From positions 1-56,652 of the forward strand of contig CAZWPI010000001.1 of the NCBI GenBank assembly GCA_964636055.1: 56,652 bases of DNA, read 5' to 3'. This DNA is from an uncultured Candidatus Bathyarchaeia archaeon. Lineage in GTDB: Archaea > Thermoproteota > Bathyarchaeia > Bathyarchaeales > Bathycorpusculaceae. Positions 8,937-18,905 of the stretch are shown here, in pieces. How positions within the stretch are numbered: position 1 is the stretch's first letter; the number at the start of each line of letters is the position of its first letter. The notes under the pieces are model-generated. The model was given only the letters and a program-made list of their open reading frames with translations. It did not search any database and was not told the DNA's origin. The translations under genes and the position numbers were made by a program.

Positions 8937-9724
8937 CTTTGTCCCGAGCTTGTGTTTATCATGTTTTGCTGGTTGTTTTCGCGGATTTCTTTTATCATTT
9001 GTTCCCGCAGAGCTGTTGTAAGCTGGGAGAGCTGATGGTTTTCGATTTGGCTTTGGTTGATTATGGTCATGTTTGGTCTGGTTAGGGCGTCGCGGGTTAA
9101 GATTTCTTCGGGGTTGAGTCCCCATGCGCGCATGATTTCTTTGAGGGCGTCGATTTTGGTTATTCTGGTTTTTGGTTGGATGCTTAGTCCTGATGATAGG
9201 TATATGCCTCTTAGGAATTCGGTGCCTTTCATTTTGATGTCGTGGTAGGTGCTTATGGTGTGTCCCATCATGTATTCGATGTAGTCGCGGTCTACGCCTA
9301 GTGCTGCCATTTGTGTGCGGAAGAATTTGCGTATGCTGTGGGCGCGTAGGTCGTAGCGTCTGCCTATGGGATTGGGGGTTAGGATTCCTGCTTCTATGTA
9401 GAGGTTGTGTATTATGCCGTGGAGTCGGACTGTGGTTATGGTTCTTACGTGTTTGTTGTGTCCGTCGCGGATTAGTGGGGAGTCGTCGCGGATGTTTTCT
9501 GGGGGTGTTCTGCCTCTGTAGCTGCCTTTTCTTCTGCTTTCCACGTATGCTTTGAGGTAGTCTGCGGCTTCTTGGCCTATGAATGTGTCGTAGTCGTGGT
9601 ATTTTCCTTTGGTGATTTCTGCTTCTACGTGGATGTGGATTGGGGTTATGCCTTTTTCGAGGTCGCGTTTGACGTGGCGGTATTGGAGTTTGACGAGTGT
9701 GCCTATGTGAAAGCCTCCTAGCGC
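8882..9724 (-). pseudogene. tyrosine recombinase / integrase, 5'-truncated
   Basis: LRAHSIRKFF...MGHTISTYHD (HxxR, H, Y); frame open only to 9724 with no start codon (track M at 9544 is an internal GTG); 3' end runs antisense into tRNA-Gln. Confidence 0.8.
8923..8937 (+). repeat. att core copy 1 (3' end of tRNA-Gln) TCTCTCCCGGGCTAC
   Basis: direct repeats at 21116, 21272, 22321. Confidence 0.8.
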
Positions 9725-9977
9725 TCACTGTAAGTATACCTCTTCGCGCAGGCAAAATCGCCTCACTTATGTTTTGTCAAAAAAATTACGCGAACTACTT
9801 TGAATAGATTGGGATAAAGTCTTAAAGATATATGCTGTATATGCTGTATACTGTTCTTTAAGGAACCCAAGTTGACGAATCCTATATGTACAAAGCTGAA
9901 AAACGAAATTGATGGAATAATCACCCGCAGCACAACAAAGCTTATTTCGCCACTCTTAATGCTGTTTTATCTTGAAT

Positions 9978-10997
9978 ATGTTGAAAAAAAACAAGAACCC
10001 AGTGGTTGAAAATGACTCTGTTAAGATAGGTTACGAAGCAACAATCTGCAATTTCATCAGGAACTACTTGCACCATAACTTCAACATAGGTGGAACGTTT
10101 AATGATACTTATATCAGCAGATTAAGTTCCCGACATCGTTTTTTGCGTCAAATTTCGCAAAGAAAATACGCAGTTCAAGAAGACTATTTCTCAAATGCTA
10201 AAGAATTAATTAACTATACGCAAGAGAAAATCGAAGAGCATCTGAACATGAAACTGGGCAACCTTGTCACTTTGAAAAAGCTCATCGAAAAAGACCATGA
10301 TAACAATAAAGAAATAGAAGCCCGAAGAAAATACTTGGAAAAAATACTACATGAGGACAACAGCCAGAAATTTCGAGAATTCTTGGAGGTTGGTTTCGAC
10401 AGAAAGGCTCGAGGGTTCTTAGCCATGTCATATGGCTTCGAAATATGCATGTTTTCCATATTGAAGGTTTTCTTGTTGAAGTTCGGATGTAGACTCGACC
10501 GCGACAGTAAAACATACGCTGTTGACAAAGGAGGTGACATTTCCACCAATTTCGGTGTTGTTTACCAAATTAAAAATTACTGTTTGACAAGTGAAGAGAA
10601 ATTTACGGAACTCCTGAATGAACTTTTTCTCAATTTTTCAGACGGCAGAATACAACAGGGAAACGTTTTCTTGATAGTTAAAGATGCATCCGATGGAATG
10701 ATGGCTCAACTAAAAAAGCAGAGTATTAATTGTATCACTGAAAAAAGCGTCATAGACTTGCTAGACAAACTAAATTCTGAAGAAAAACGCGAGGTCTTAA
10801 TGTCTATAGTTCGAGAATTTAACAGAGAACTACTAAGTGATGTGTGCAGAATATGCAAGAAAGCCGAAAAAGCAGAGTGCCCATACTCAGTCGGCGCTGT
10901 TTATTTTAGCCAATGCCCGTCTCCTCAGAAAAACGAGAAGCCAGCTCAAGTTTCCGACGGATTTTCTGAGAACGGAGCCATAAACAAGAAGTATTAG
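9978..10997 (+). CDS. hypothetical protein with Mrr-like PD-(D/E)xK nuclease core
   Basis: GFEICMFSILKVF...VDKGGDIS...VVYQIKNY...ELLNEL...VFLIV follows the Mrr catalytic-domain order (E, D, QxK); ATG at 9978 preferred over TTG 9972. Confidence 0.55.
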   Translation: MLKKNKNPVVENDSVKIGYEATICNFIRNYLHHNFNIGGTFNDTYISRLSSRHRFLRQISQRKYAVQEDYFSNAKELINYTQEKIEEHLNMKLGNLVTLKKLIEKDHDNNKEIEARRKYLEKILHEDNSQKFREFLEVGFDRKARGFLAMSYGFEICMFSILKVFLLKFGCRLDRDSKTYAVDKGGDISTNFGVVYQIKNYCLTSEEKFTELLNELFLNFSDGRIQQGNVFLIVKDASDGMMAQLKKQSINCITEKSVIDLLDKLNSEEKREVLMSIVREFNRELLSDVCRICKKAEKAECPYSVGAVYFSQCPSPQKNEKPAQVSDGFSENGAINKKY

Positions 10998-11026
10998 TCG
11001 TGTAGCGCTTAGAAACGACTACTATT
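10990..11026. repeat. AGAAGTAGT-family hairpin H1
   Basis: AGTATTAGTCGT-gtagcgcttagaa-ACGACTACTATT; overlaps stop of 9978..10997. Confidence 0.65.
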
Positions 11027-11181
11027 ACATTAACTCAAGTCAGCAACCAACCAAATGCACCCTGCTCAGAAAACACAACCGACAAAATTGAATTCTTATA
11101 CGCGTTGAAGCTAGCAACAATATTGATGATTCGATTTGCACGCTATTTTATAGCTCAAACGCAAAACATCTGAACTGTTTT

Positions 11182-12621
11182 TCACTTTTCTTTGTTAACA
11201 GTTGTAGTTTGAGTGTGTTTGGAGAGAATCAACGCGATTTTTTCATTATTATCCTTTAATCTACCTATTATTGATGCGACATGCTTGTGAATGTCCCTCT
11301 GTGATTTATCTATGCAATCGTTAATTTTCTTGCAATCATCTAAGCACTTCAGATTATCGTCTATGTGGCAGACTATGTCCTTGTCGTCCATTATGGCCTG
11401 CAAGTTAATTGTTTGCCTTCCAAATCGATAATTTGTCAGGTACAAATCATAAAACATCGCTAACGTGGAAGCAGCCATCTCAGGCGTTGTAATAATGACT
11501 ATGCCCAACGAATCATCAATTGTATAACCTTTAACCTTTGCTGATCTCGGCGGTTTCTTAACCGACAATATTGCCGTGGCAATCCCGTACCGGTTCATAT
11601 CCCTTTTCGTCTGCTCAAGATAATCGTTACTCCATGTATCGCTGGCTTTACTTTCAATCAATACACGGCCGATTTCTAAGTCCTGATACGAAAACTTGAC
11701 TATTATGTCCGTGGCATCTGGACCACCCAAAGGCTCAATGGCAACATTTTTGTTTGTCAAGAAAGTCTCGTTAATCAAATCGAGAAGTTCCAGCTCTGCT
11801 TTCTCACCTTTAACCGGCGCAATCTTTAGGCTCTGCAAAACAGTGTTAAGTCCGCCAGTAGCTCCTTCTATTCCACTTAAGACGTTCTTGATTTCAGCCT
11901 TAATCTCATCAATGCTCTTGCCTTGCTTAAGCAGAAGCTCGACCTTTTCCACAAGCGCCTTCATCTGCTCTTCAACAATCTCTCTCACAAACTTCTTGGT
12001 ATCTTCCTTCATTTCCGTCTGGAGCTGCTCAAGGCTCTTCTCGTGTTTCAGAAGAGTTTCAATCTTATCGACAACAATACACATTTGGCTCGATATCAGG
12101 TCCTTCACGAACTTTTCCGTATCTTCTTTTAGCGCCTTCTGAATTTCTTCAATACCTTTGCCCTGCTTGATCAAAATATCAACTTTTTCTACCAAGTAAG
12201 CCGTTTGCTCTTCAATGTTTTTCTTAACAAACTTCTCAGTTTCTTCCTTCCTCTTTTCAGTCTGCTCAACCATATCCTTCAGATAATCCTTAACAGACTT
12301 ACCCATAGATTCTTTAACGTCATCTACTGCCGAACTCATACCATCCTTGACATTCCCAAAATCACTTCGAATTTCCTTAAGCACCTGACTTACTATCTCA
12401 CGGACATCTGCACCTATCTTCATCTGTTGATCAATTGCCTTGAAAGCTTTGAGCGCAACACTCAATCGGTCATCATCTTGTAACTCAAACAACCAATCTC
12501 TGACTTCAGCGTCAATTTCAGCAAAAAAGCATGTCCGGTCAATTACTTCACAATACTTACGGCGAATTTTACGCGCCTTCCTGCTAGGAGAAACTGCAGC
12601 AGAAACCTCCAGCTTTGCCAT
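11182..12621 (-). CDS. coiled-coil protein with C-terminal PD-(D/E)xK domain (DUF2130-like)
   Basis: 479 aa; three 39-aa tandem repeats; C-terminal GGPDATDIIVKF...GRVLIESKASDTWSNDYLEQTKRDM pattern. Confidence 0.6.
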   Translation of the reverse strand: MAKLEVSAAVSPSRKARKIRRKYCEVIDRTCFFAEIDAEVRDWLFELQDDDRLSVALKAFKAIDQQMKIGADVREIVSQVLKEIRSDFGNVKDGMSSAVDDVKESMGKSVKDYLKDMVEQTEKRKEETEKFVKKNIEEQTAYLVEKVDILIKQGKGIEEIQKALKEDTEKFVKDLISSQMCIVVDKIETLLKHEKSLEQLQTEMKEDTKKFVREIVEEQMKALVEKVELLLKQGKSIDEIKAEIKNVLSGIEGATGGLNTVLQSLKIAPVKGEKAELELLDLINETFLTNKNVAIEPLGGPDATDIIVKFSYQDLEIGRVLIESKASDTWSNDYLEQTKRDMNRYGIATAILSVKKPPRSAKVKGYTIDDSLGIVIITTPEMAASTLAMFYDLYLTNYRFGRQTINLQAIMDDKDIVCHIDDNLKCLDDCKKINDCIDKSQRDIHKHVASIIGRLKDNNEKIALILSKHTQTTTVNKEK

Positions 12622-12810
12622 ACAATTTCCCTAATTAGTAAATCAAAGGTTTAAACTATAATCTTTATGAAATTATAGTATTAATAGCAAATAATGAGGC
12701 TAAATCATCAATCCTATGTTAAAAATTTGTTGAGTGTAACGCTAACAAAACCATAGAACCCCAGTTATTGCAAACATAACATGCGAAAAGCTCTCAATAA
12801 TATCCGCTTA

Positions 12811-15347
12811 TTAACTAAAACTAAGTGGCCTTGTGTAGGCAGCTATTTCTGCAAGAAACTCTGAGTTTTCGTTTTGACGAGTGTAGATAAATAGGTCTTC
12901 TTTTGCTCTGGTAACGGCAACATAGAAAAGTCTGCGTTCTTCTTCCTTTTGATCTTTTATTCCATTGTCTTCTCTTGCCACCTCAAAAATCGCTGGGTCT
13001 TCAATTTCGCTAGGAAAACCAAACTCACCTTTTACCACGTTCAAAATAAAAACAACCTTAGCCTCCAATCCTTTACATTTATGCACCGTGAGCAACCTAA
13101 CAGCGTTAGGCTCTTTGGCGTGGTCAACAGCTACTTTAAAACTGGAGGATTTCGAAGCCTCTATAAATTTTTGAACAATCTGAAAGAATCTGATTCTACC
13201 TTTAATCTTAGTTCGCATATACCGCGTAAGGATAAGAATCTCGTCTGCAGCATACCCCTTTCCTAAGTATTCGCCAATTCGCCTCAAACAATCTTGAACC
13301 GTCTCCTCAAAATACGCCTCATCCCATTTTTCCGCAGAACTGTAAACGGCGATTGGCTTAATCTCTTCAATATTTGACAGTGAGGGTTTCTGTACTTGAC
13401 TCGCGCCATTGTTTCTTATCAAATCTGCGCCAGCATCAACAATTGACTTAACGCTTCTGTAATTAGTACAGATTTTGCTTATCGCTGGATTTGCAAAGTA
13501 GTTACCAAAATTAACGAAGAAATTCAGGTTCGACCCAGAAAACCCCATTATGCTCTGCCAATCATCGCCAACGCAAAAAAGCTTGCAATCGGGATTCCGC
13601 TCAAGCAGCTTTTTAAGAAGTTTTAGCCTTTGAGCACTCATATCTTGATACTCATCTATCAGAATGTGGTCATACACATCTGCATACAAACTGCTGTCCT
13701 TCTCTAAAGCCTCAACAGCTTCGTTAATCATATCCTCAAAATCAGTCTTTTCAAATCTCTTCAACTGCATTTGATACGCCCGAAAAACCTCCAGCGCAAG
13801 CCTCCCAAACGCCAATTGCTTGCCGCTCCATCTTCCTCTCCTAAGTTTTCCTTCAATTTGCTCAGGACTTAAGCCATAAGTCTTCGCAATAGTAATAAAG
13901 TTCTGAATATCCTCGATAGGTGTCTTTTGAGAATCCCAAACCAATTCAAAATTTCTTCGTAATTCAAACGCGAAAACTCAAAACTTCGGTCTGGAAACTT
14001 TTTTTGAAGTGTCTCAAGGAGACGTTTTTTCAACAATTCATCGAACTCTTCAGGTTCTTCTGAATTATATTCGTAAGCAAAGGTTTCCATTAGAAGTCGA
14101 TTGTTTTCAGCAAACCACTTCTTTTTCTTCTCCATCGACTCGCGATATTCGTCGGTAGATTGACTGAACCATTCTGGCACTTCACCATCTTTACGAAGCC
14201 CCCAATGCTCAATGAAAACATCAAATTGAGGAAGATAAAAATCAGGTCTAAAACCACCAACGTCAGGCTCATAACCAACAAAAATCGGTTTTCCATTGAT
14301 TTTATGAGTCAGCAGGCAATCCATAATCTCTTTTTCAGCCCTGCTATTGACCTTCGTACCATTAATTGAAACGTAACTACGTTCTATTGCGTGAGCAACA
14401 ACCTCTCCCTTGTCCGCTTCAGTCGGCTCATCGTCGTTGTCATGAACAGTTTTTATGTAACGAATAAATAATCGATAAAAATCGCGATTAGTGACAATCT
14501 CTTCCTCAAAAAAACTCTTCACAAAACCAAACTTTCTGTTTTCATCAACAATGTCTGTTCTCTCTATTATCCTGCCAGAACGTTCAAGAATGTCTTTCCC
14601 AAGTTTGTGAAACGTTCTGACCCACACGTCATCGATTCCGTATCGGTCCCTTAGGCGCTGTTCGATTTGTTCCATTGCCTTTCTCTGATATGCTATTGCC
14701 AAAATCCGATTAGGCTCGACACCATCAGGTTCACGCTTAATCAAGTAGGCAATTCTAGTTATGAGCACTTCAGTTTTGCCTGAGCCTGCAGCTGCAACCA
14801 CAAGATTATGCTTGTCATCCGTAACAATCGCCGTCTGTTGCTCATCATCAAGAGAAATCAAGCCTTTCGACCATAGATGCTTATACTCATTTTTCCTCTG
14901 CTTCACAAACTCATCGTTATAGTTCATAACGGATAGTTTGCTTTTGTTGAGCGTTTTCCTAATTTCTGCAATGAATTCGGGACTAAGCACATTGTTTTCT
15001 TCGCATGCTACTATCTCCGATTCAGCTAACTCTATTCTCGAAAGACATCTTGCCTTTTTTGGATGAATTAAGTAGGTCCCACTTTCTTCTATTTCATGAG
15101 CAAACCTGCTGACTTCAGAAACATCCCCGCTTACTCTATTCCGAATTTTGTCAGTTAGTTGAGCAATTCGCCACCCATAATCTCCGCCAAACAGAAAACC
15201 AATCAGCAAAAACCTAAGAAACTTGATCCGTCTGCTTTTTTTGTAGTTTGATTTTAACTCATGTATTTCTTTCTCAAGTTCCGATAAATTCCTGGTTTCA
15301 GGTAAATTCCGCTTAGGTCCCAGTTTCTGCAAGCACATTTTCAGCAT
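12811..15347 (-). pseudogene. SF1 helicase of UvrD / helicase-IV type with embedded nuclease-like module, split by one frameshift
   Basis: AAAGSGKTEVL (Walker A), GGFRPDFYLPQFDVFIEHWG, ILIDEYQDMS, CVGDDWQSI, TNYRS, TVHKCKGLEAKVVF, FYVAVTRAKEDL; ORFs 13869..15347 and 12811..13944 overlap; frames join if the A4 run 13948..13951 were A5. Confidence 0.85.
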
Positions 15348-15573
15348 TCCAGTTTTCTATATAGTTTCACACATGGTAGAGCGATAAAGCACCCTTGGAA
15401 GTGACATAGCTTTTGCTATATCGACATAAGCATATAAAATTCGTTAAATGTAACTCATGATTGCAAATAACAGAACTAATGAAAAAGCTAATTGTCGCAA
15501 TTTGAAACGCTGTTCTCAGAGGAAATTTTTTCTTAAAACCATGCTGAAACTGGTTGAAGGAGCATTCAACTAT

Positions 15574-15609
15574 AAGTAGTAGTCGTATAGCGCTTCGCGC
15601 CGAGTACTT
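15574..15609. repeat. AGAAGTAGT-family element H2 (imperfect hairpin)
   Basis: AAGTAGTAGTCGTATAGCGCTT is 20/22 identical to H1; right arm CGAGTACTT. Confidence 0.55.
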
Positions 15610-15781
15610 CTAATTAATGCAATTTTAGAAATAGCTGACTGTAAAATATAGATCAGTATGTGCTTTCACCCAGCACCACAAACCTTGTGGATGACGAATA
15701 GAAAAACAAAGCTCTTATAGCGCGCTATAACTAACAAGCAGATCCCAGATTCTTCTAAAGCAAGCCTCCGCTGTCTTAAAC

Positions 15782-16496
15782 ATGGGGGAATTACGGTTGA
15801 AAATGAAAAAGGCGTCTAAGAAGAGGAGAAAGAAAAGTGGGAAACAGCTGACCAAAATCACTGTAAGTTCAAGATCCAAAACTTCAAAAACTTATGAAGA
15901 ATTTGCTTACATACTGGACGTTTACGACAAGAAGGATACAAGTTATGCACATGCTATCGGAGACAGATACTTCAAGCTTTTAGTTCTAAAGTTGAAGCCT
16001 TTGGATGAGAAACAATCATTGATCTTGAACCGAGTATTTATAGGCTCCTCAACGGAGCGCGACATCGTCGAAAGAGTTCAAGATAGAATAGTCTCAGCCA
16101 GAAAACTCAAAACAGGCTGGACACAATTTAAAACAGGTTGTTTATGAAATGGTTCGTGACAGATTGTTTGAGACTGAAAACAGTGGCAACGCAATTTTAC
16201 TCTTCTTTAACTTTGCCTCCCCAAGAGGTTTAAGGCAAATTGGCTTACCTAACTCAAACATTTACTCTCTAATTAAAGTTCGAGACGCGATGCTTCCAAA
16301 GAGATTCTCGAATATGCTTGAAGTAGCCCGGGCACTAAGTAAAACCGGATCAAAAGTTGACTCATATGACATAACTAAAATGATTAGGGCGAGAGTCCTC
16401 TATGAACTGGAACATGGCCAAAGTGAAGCTTTCTCTTTTCTTAGCTTTCTGGCCAATCCTGTTGACTATATTGAGAAGAATGCGGCACATATCTAA
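15782..16496 (+). pseudogene. DUF655 (COG1491)-like OB-fold / HhH protein paralog, frameshifted or split
   Basis: YEEFAYILDVYD...AIGDRYFKLLVLKLK...RVFIGS...DRI then, in the next frame, LKQVVYEMV...ILLFFNFASP follow the DUF655 order; frames join if A4 at 16109..16112 were A3. Confidence 0.5.
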
Positions 16497-16602
16497 TGCC
16501 AAACTCGGTGCGGCTTGCATCTGACGTACTTGCTTGAGATGTAAGTAATTGCGGAGAGAGGAGGTAGCTTGACGTTTTCTTTATGTTAGTAATCTTTCAA
16601 AC

Positions 16603-17262
16603 CTAAGATTCGACTTCTTTTCCTTTGTCGTGCATTTTCCACTTTCCAGTAAGTTCAGGTAAACTGCGAACTGCCTTGCGAAAAGCAGCAACAGGGCGCA
16701 TTTGACCTAGGAGAAGGTATGTATAGAAAAAGGTTGAGAACAAAGCAGCATGCTCCCAGTTTGTTGGAAGTACCGGTGCAATACAGTATCTGCACCCATT
16801 TTCTGAAACGGCTTGTATCAGATCTTTGTGACCTGCGCAACAAGCAGATAAAATGAGCAACAAAGGTCTTTCATCCTCCTTAAACTCCTTCCAAATGCCT
16901 CTTAAGTCATCAGCGTAAAGCTCTCCTCGACTCAAATCTAAATAAGTATCACCATCATCATCGACATCCCCGTGAGATGAAACATGGATTGTGTATTGAT
17001 AAGCATACTTTAAAGAGTCCACAAGGACTTTGGGACCGTATACTCTCTGCGACTGAATTTCAACTTCCTTCTTATTTTCAGCTCTTAATTGACGATTAAT
17101 AATCTCAAGATACCTCTCCAAAAAATCTATCTCAGAACACTTCTCTCTAGTTCTAACTGTGCAGTCAAGCAACAAAATAGAATTGCGAATTAATCTATAC
17201 TTTTTCTTTCGTGTTTTATGGGCTTTTTCGGCTGGACTAAGTGCTTTTCTACGTCTCCCCAA
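16603..17262 (-). CDS. minimal CHAT / caspase-fold-like peptidase
   Basis: 219 aa; His motif IHVSSHGD and Cys motif LLILSACCAGH in caspase/CHAT order; TTG start 6 nt after upstream stop. Confidence 0.55.
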   Translation of the reverse strand: MGRRRKALSPAEKAHKTRKKKYRLIRNSILLLDCTVRTREKCSEIDFLERYLEIINRQLRAENKKEVEIQSQRVYGPKVLVDSLKYAYQYTIHVSSHGDVDDDGDTYLDLSRGELYADDLRGIWKEFKEDERPLLLILSACCAGHKDLIQAVSENGCRYCIAPVLPTNWEHAALFSTFFYTYLLLGQMRPVAAFRKAVRSLPELTGKWKMHDKGKEVES

Positions 17263-17268
17263 GATTAA

Positions 17269-17748
17269 TCAACTTCCATAGGCTTTCTTAATTTTTCGAT
17301 GAATGAATTCTCGATACCAAAGTAAAGGATTTTCATTTCTCGAACTATCCATACTGAGTTTGATTAAAGGAAAAACATGTCGATATCTTGTTTCATAAAC
17401 CTTTGAGACCTCTGTGGCACGAAAGGATAGTTCAGCCAAATCGTTTTTATATTTTTCAAAAAGTTCTATTGGCGATTTTTCCTCGGTTCTAATGCGTCCG
17501 ATAAGCTCCCTACTTAGTTGTGCAAAGTCTCTCATCATTATCTGATCGCGAATATGCTCTTTGCCGAGAGAATAAGCTATTCCATAAATTATGGCTAAAT
17601 CGTTGTAACGCTGAAATCGTAGCTGACAATCACTGCAGAGGTCAAACGTCACCTTTATTGGCTTTTCAGAACTTGCGCAACGGACTATCTCGCTTCGAAG
17701 ATGTTTGCAGCAGTATTCGCACAAAACTCTTGCCTTGCTGGTGCTCAC
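17269..17748 (-). CDS. zinc-ribbon protein with helical C-terminal part
   Basis: CEYCC...CSDC at N-terminus; GTG start; co-oriented and abutting the CHAT-like gene. Confidence 0.5.
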   Translation of the reverse strand: MSTSKARVLCEYCCKHLRSEIVRCASSEKPIKVTFDLCSDCQLRFQRYNDLAIIYGIAYSLGKEHIRDQIMMRDFAQLSRELIGRIRTEEKSPIELFEKYKNDLAELSFRATEVSKVYETRYRHVFPLIKLSMDSSRNENPLLWYREFIHRKIKKAYGS

Positions 17749-17899
17749 TTTAACTCTCTTCTACAATGCTAAGTTTTTCTATAAAACGTTTAATGTATTG
17801 CCTGATCATCAGACTGAAAAGTAGGAACAAGAAATCAAGGAAATTCCGATGGTTGGGTGCTTTTAAGCATGAGCCTTAGAACGCGCCCGTAACATGCCA

Positions 17900-17942
17900 A
17901 GAAGTAGTAGTGCGCTGTGATTTTGGCTAGACTACTACTTCT
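17900..17942. repeat. AGAAGTAGT-family hairpin H3 (perfect 12-bp stem)
   Basis: AGAAGTAGTAGT-19 nt-ACTACTACTTCT between AbiEii 3' end and Zn-ribbon gene start. Confidence 0.8.
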
Positions 17943-18015
17943 AGTTTATTTTACTTAGCTTTCCTGAGAAATCACGAGAAATAAGGTATCCTTCGATCTC
18001 CAGCTTTTAAAAGCA

Positions 18016-18899
18016 TTAAACCGACTTTTTATAACTCGCCACAAATGATGCTTCTTTATGTGATTTGGAGTCTTTAATTATTCTAAGCAGGTCGCTGTCC
18101 AAGTCGCTGAGAAATGAGTATTCTGCTATAACCTTTTTAACTACTGTTGCCTCCGAGGGCAGACCTTTCCTTCTAACCAAGCGCTGAAGGTCTTCCCAGT
18201 CGTATTCGCCTCCAGAGATTTTCTCAAACAGTACATCAGGCTTGAAAGGTTCACGCACATTCCAGCACTTAAGTACTGCTAGCTTCTTCAATCTGACTTT
18301 GTCCATTGGTCTTCCTGAAAACAAATAAAGGTCGTACAAATCCCTGCTTCTAAGCCGTTGAAAGGCAGCCCTTAATTTCTCAGCCAACAGCTCTTCTTTC
18401 TGCAAACATTTTATAGAAAAACTCGGGAATTCCAGATACTTGAAATACATCTCTTCAAACTGAGGCATTTCAACAGGCGCCAATATTGGGCTCTCTCTAT
18501 AACTCACTTCCAAACTGAACTCTGAAGAATTCCATCCATGAACATAATTAATTTGAGCTAGGTAAGATTCATCATTAGCACCAAACCCACGTCTAATGTT
18601 CTCTTCCGCGATTTTGAATTTTATGCCATAATGCTGCTTATCATTCAGCAAATTAGAGAGCGCTTTCTTGAGTTCTTCCACTGAAACACCAACACTGGTA
18701 AAGTCCAAATCCATCGAAAACCGGCCACTTCCGCCGAAGAACAACTTCTTCAAGCAGGTTCCACCTTTGAAAACCAAATTTGCTAGTACATCTTAGAAAG
18801 AATTTTCAAGACGTAAGTGAGAACGACATCTCTCTCAGCCACATCTAAAGGAACGTTTGAAGATCTTGCGTAGAAATCAACAAATTTTCTCTCCAACAA
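18016..18899 (-). pseudogene. AbiEii/AbiGii-family nucleotidyltransferase toxin, one frameshift near the 5' end
   Basis: VFKGGTCLKKLFFGGSGRFSMDLDF in main ORF; upstream frame 18899..18783 encodes LLERKFVDFYARSSNVPLDVAERDVVLTYVLKILSK (typical AbiEii N-terminus); joined by adding one base at ~18793. Confidence 0.75.
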
Positions 18900-18905
18900 A
18901 CAGTC

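Noticed and set aside
13869-13944. Programmed ribosomal frameshifting for the helicase (and the other split genes)
   Set aside because: There is no slippery heptamer plus downstream structure at the overlaps. The simple homopolymer indel explanation fits all four cases.
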